Assembly (NCBI GenBank): GCA_964425075.1
Contig: CAYRKM010000001.1
Span: 331,060-395,059 of the forward strand
Length of the DNA: 64,000 bases
Source: an uncultured Gammaproteobacteria bacterium
Lineage (GTDB): Bacteria > Patescibacteriota > Microgenomatia > Levybacterales > GWA1-39-11
Direction of reading: 5' to 3'
The position numbers were made by a program, and so were the translations under genes. Shown here piece after piece: positions 63,263 through 64,000 of this stretch (position 1 is the stretch's first letter; every line of letters begins with the position of its first letter). The notes under the pieces were generated by a model. That model saw nothing but the letters and a program-made list of their open reading frames with translations, had not been told where the DNA came from and did no database searches.

Positions 63263-64000
63263 AGCTCGAAATATGGATTATTATAAAATTTTAGGAGTTG
63301 GAAAAACTGCAACTGCCGAAGAGATTAAAAAGGCGTATAGAAAGCTTGCCGTTGAGTATCATCCTGATAAAAATAAATCAAAAGAGGCAGAGTCAAAATT
63401 TAAGGAAATAAATCAGGCATATGAAGTTTTGTCTAATCCCCAAAAGAGGAGTCAGTATGATCAATTCGGTTCAGAGGGAATGGGGAATGGTGCTGGTGGC
63501 CCGTTTGGCGGAGCTCAGGGGGGCAGGCAGGGGCCATTTACATATACGTACACTAGCAATGGACAGGGATTTGATTTTGGAGGAAATGACCCATTTGATA
63601 TTTTCGAGCAATTTTTTGGTGGAGCATCTCCATTTGGACGAAGAAAGCCAGCTTATTCTCTAGCAATAGAGTTTATGGAAGCGGCAAAGGGTACTACTAA
63701 GGAAGTATCTATTGATAACAGGAAAAGAGAAATAAAAATACCGGCTGGAGTAAATACAGGTTCTAGAATACAATTTGAAGACTTTGATATCGTGCTTCAA
63801 GTAAGACCTCATAAGCAATTTGAGCGTGAAGGCTCTGATATTCTTTCCGAAATTTCAATATCCATGGCAAAAGCGGCACTTGGTGGCGTTGAAGATGTTG
63901 ATACGATTGATGGAAAAGTAAAATTAAAAATACCTGAAGGTACACAGCCTGGTGTTTTAATCCGCATAAAGGGTAAGGGAGTAAAACATTTAAGAGGGAA
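63263..64000 (+). CDS. dnaJ: J-domain co-chaperone (DnaJ/CbpA-like, no zinc-finger CxxCxGxG repeats seen), 3'-truncated by the window end
   Basis: J-domain [33 protein letters not shown], a G/F-rich region, then a C-terminal beta domain. It continues past 64000. Confidence 0.8.

Overview
This 64 kb window is low-GC and densely coding on both strands. The gene content resembles a small-genome Patescibacteria/CPR-like bacterium with a Gram-positive-type envelope; that taxonomic guess is inference from gene content and nothing else. I found no rRNA, no CRISPR array and no transposase or integrase. The supported features and observations fall into these groups:

- **Heat-shock regulon.** Recognisable genes are hrcA-grpE-dnaK, groES-groEL, a dnaJ/cbpA-like J-protein, hsp20 and a ClpB/ClpC-type AAA+ chaperone.
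- **Other housekeeping genes.** These are lepA, metG, a uvrD/pcrA-type helicase, tpiA, pyrC, pyrD, rpsT, tatD and murJ.
- **Oxidative stress.** A NiSOD pair, sodN followed by its maturation peptidase sodX, sits at 13.9-14.7 kb.
- **Envelope glycan loci.** Two loci carry many GT-C/GT39/ArnT-like membrane glycosyltransferases, a GT2, a WecA/MraY-like phosphotransferase, a UbiA-family prenyltransferase, an SDR epimerase and an FAD oxidoreductase. FemAB-family and LCP-family genes are also present.
- **tRNAs.** There are three tRNAs: Ile(UAU) and the adjacent pair Ser(GCU)/Ser(UGA). Each locus is preceded by truncated duplicated copies of a tRNA 5' end.
- **Type IV secretion-like genes, split across the window.** A VirD4/TraG-type coupling ATPase lies at 0.5-2.9 kb, six nt downstream of tRNA-Ile. 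A small two-helix VirB2-like protein and a VirB6/TrbL-like polytopic protein lie at 56.0-58.5 kb.
- **Pilus-alignment-like module.** An orphan pilN-pilO-like pair lies upstream of two large PT-rich surface proteins. The two proteins share a conserved C-terminal 'GGI..LT..G-hydrophobic-AL' tail, a candidate sorting signal.
- **Tandem arrays in promoter regions.** Two 4x31-bp direct-repeat arrays sit upstream of the FAD-oxidoreductase/GT39 operon and of murJ. A duplicated lepA start region forms a 26-codon upstream ORF plus a hairpin.
- **Heat-shock regulatory elements.** A ~60-bp three-part palindrome is conserved in the 5' leaders of groES and dnaJ. It is distinct from the degenerate CIRCE sites that overlap the TTGACA promoters of hrcA and hsp20.
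- **Other notable items.** A GC-richer structured leader or sRNA candidate lies on the minus strand between hrcA and the metG operon. Two GC-richer orphan ORFs are present. A DnaQ-exonuclease/GIY-YIG fusion, an ATP-cone/Mrr-like nuclease fusion and a secreted LamG-like/C39-like cysteine peptidase are also encoded.
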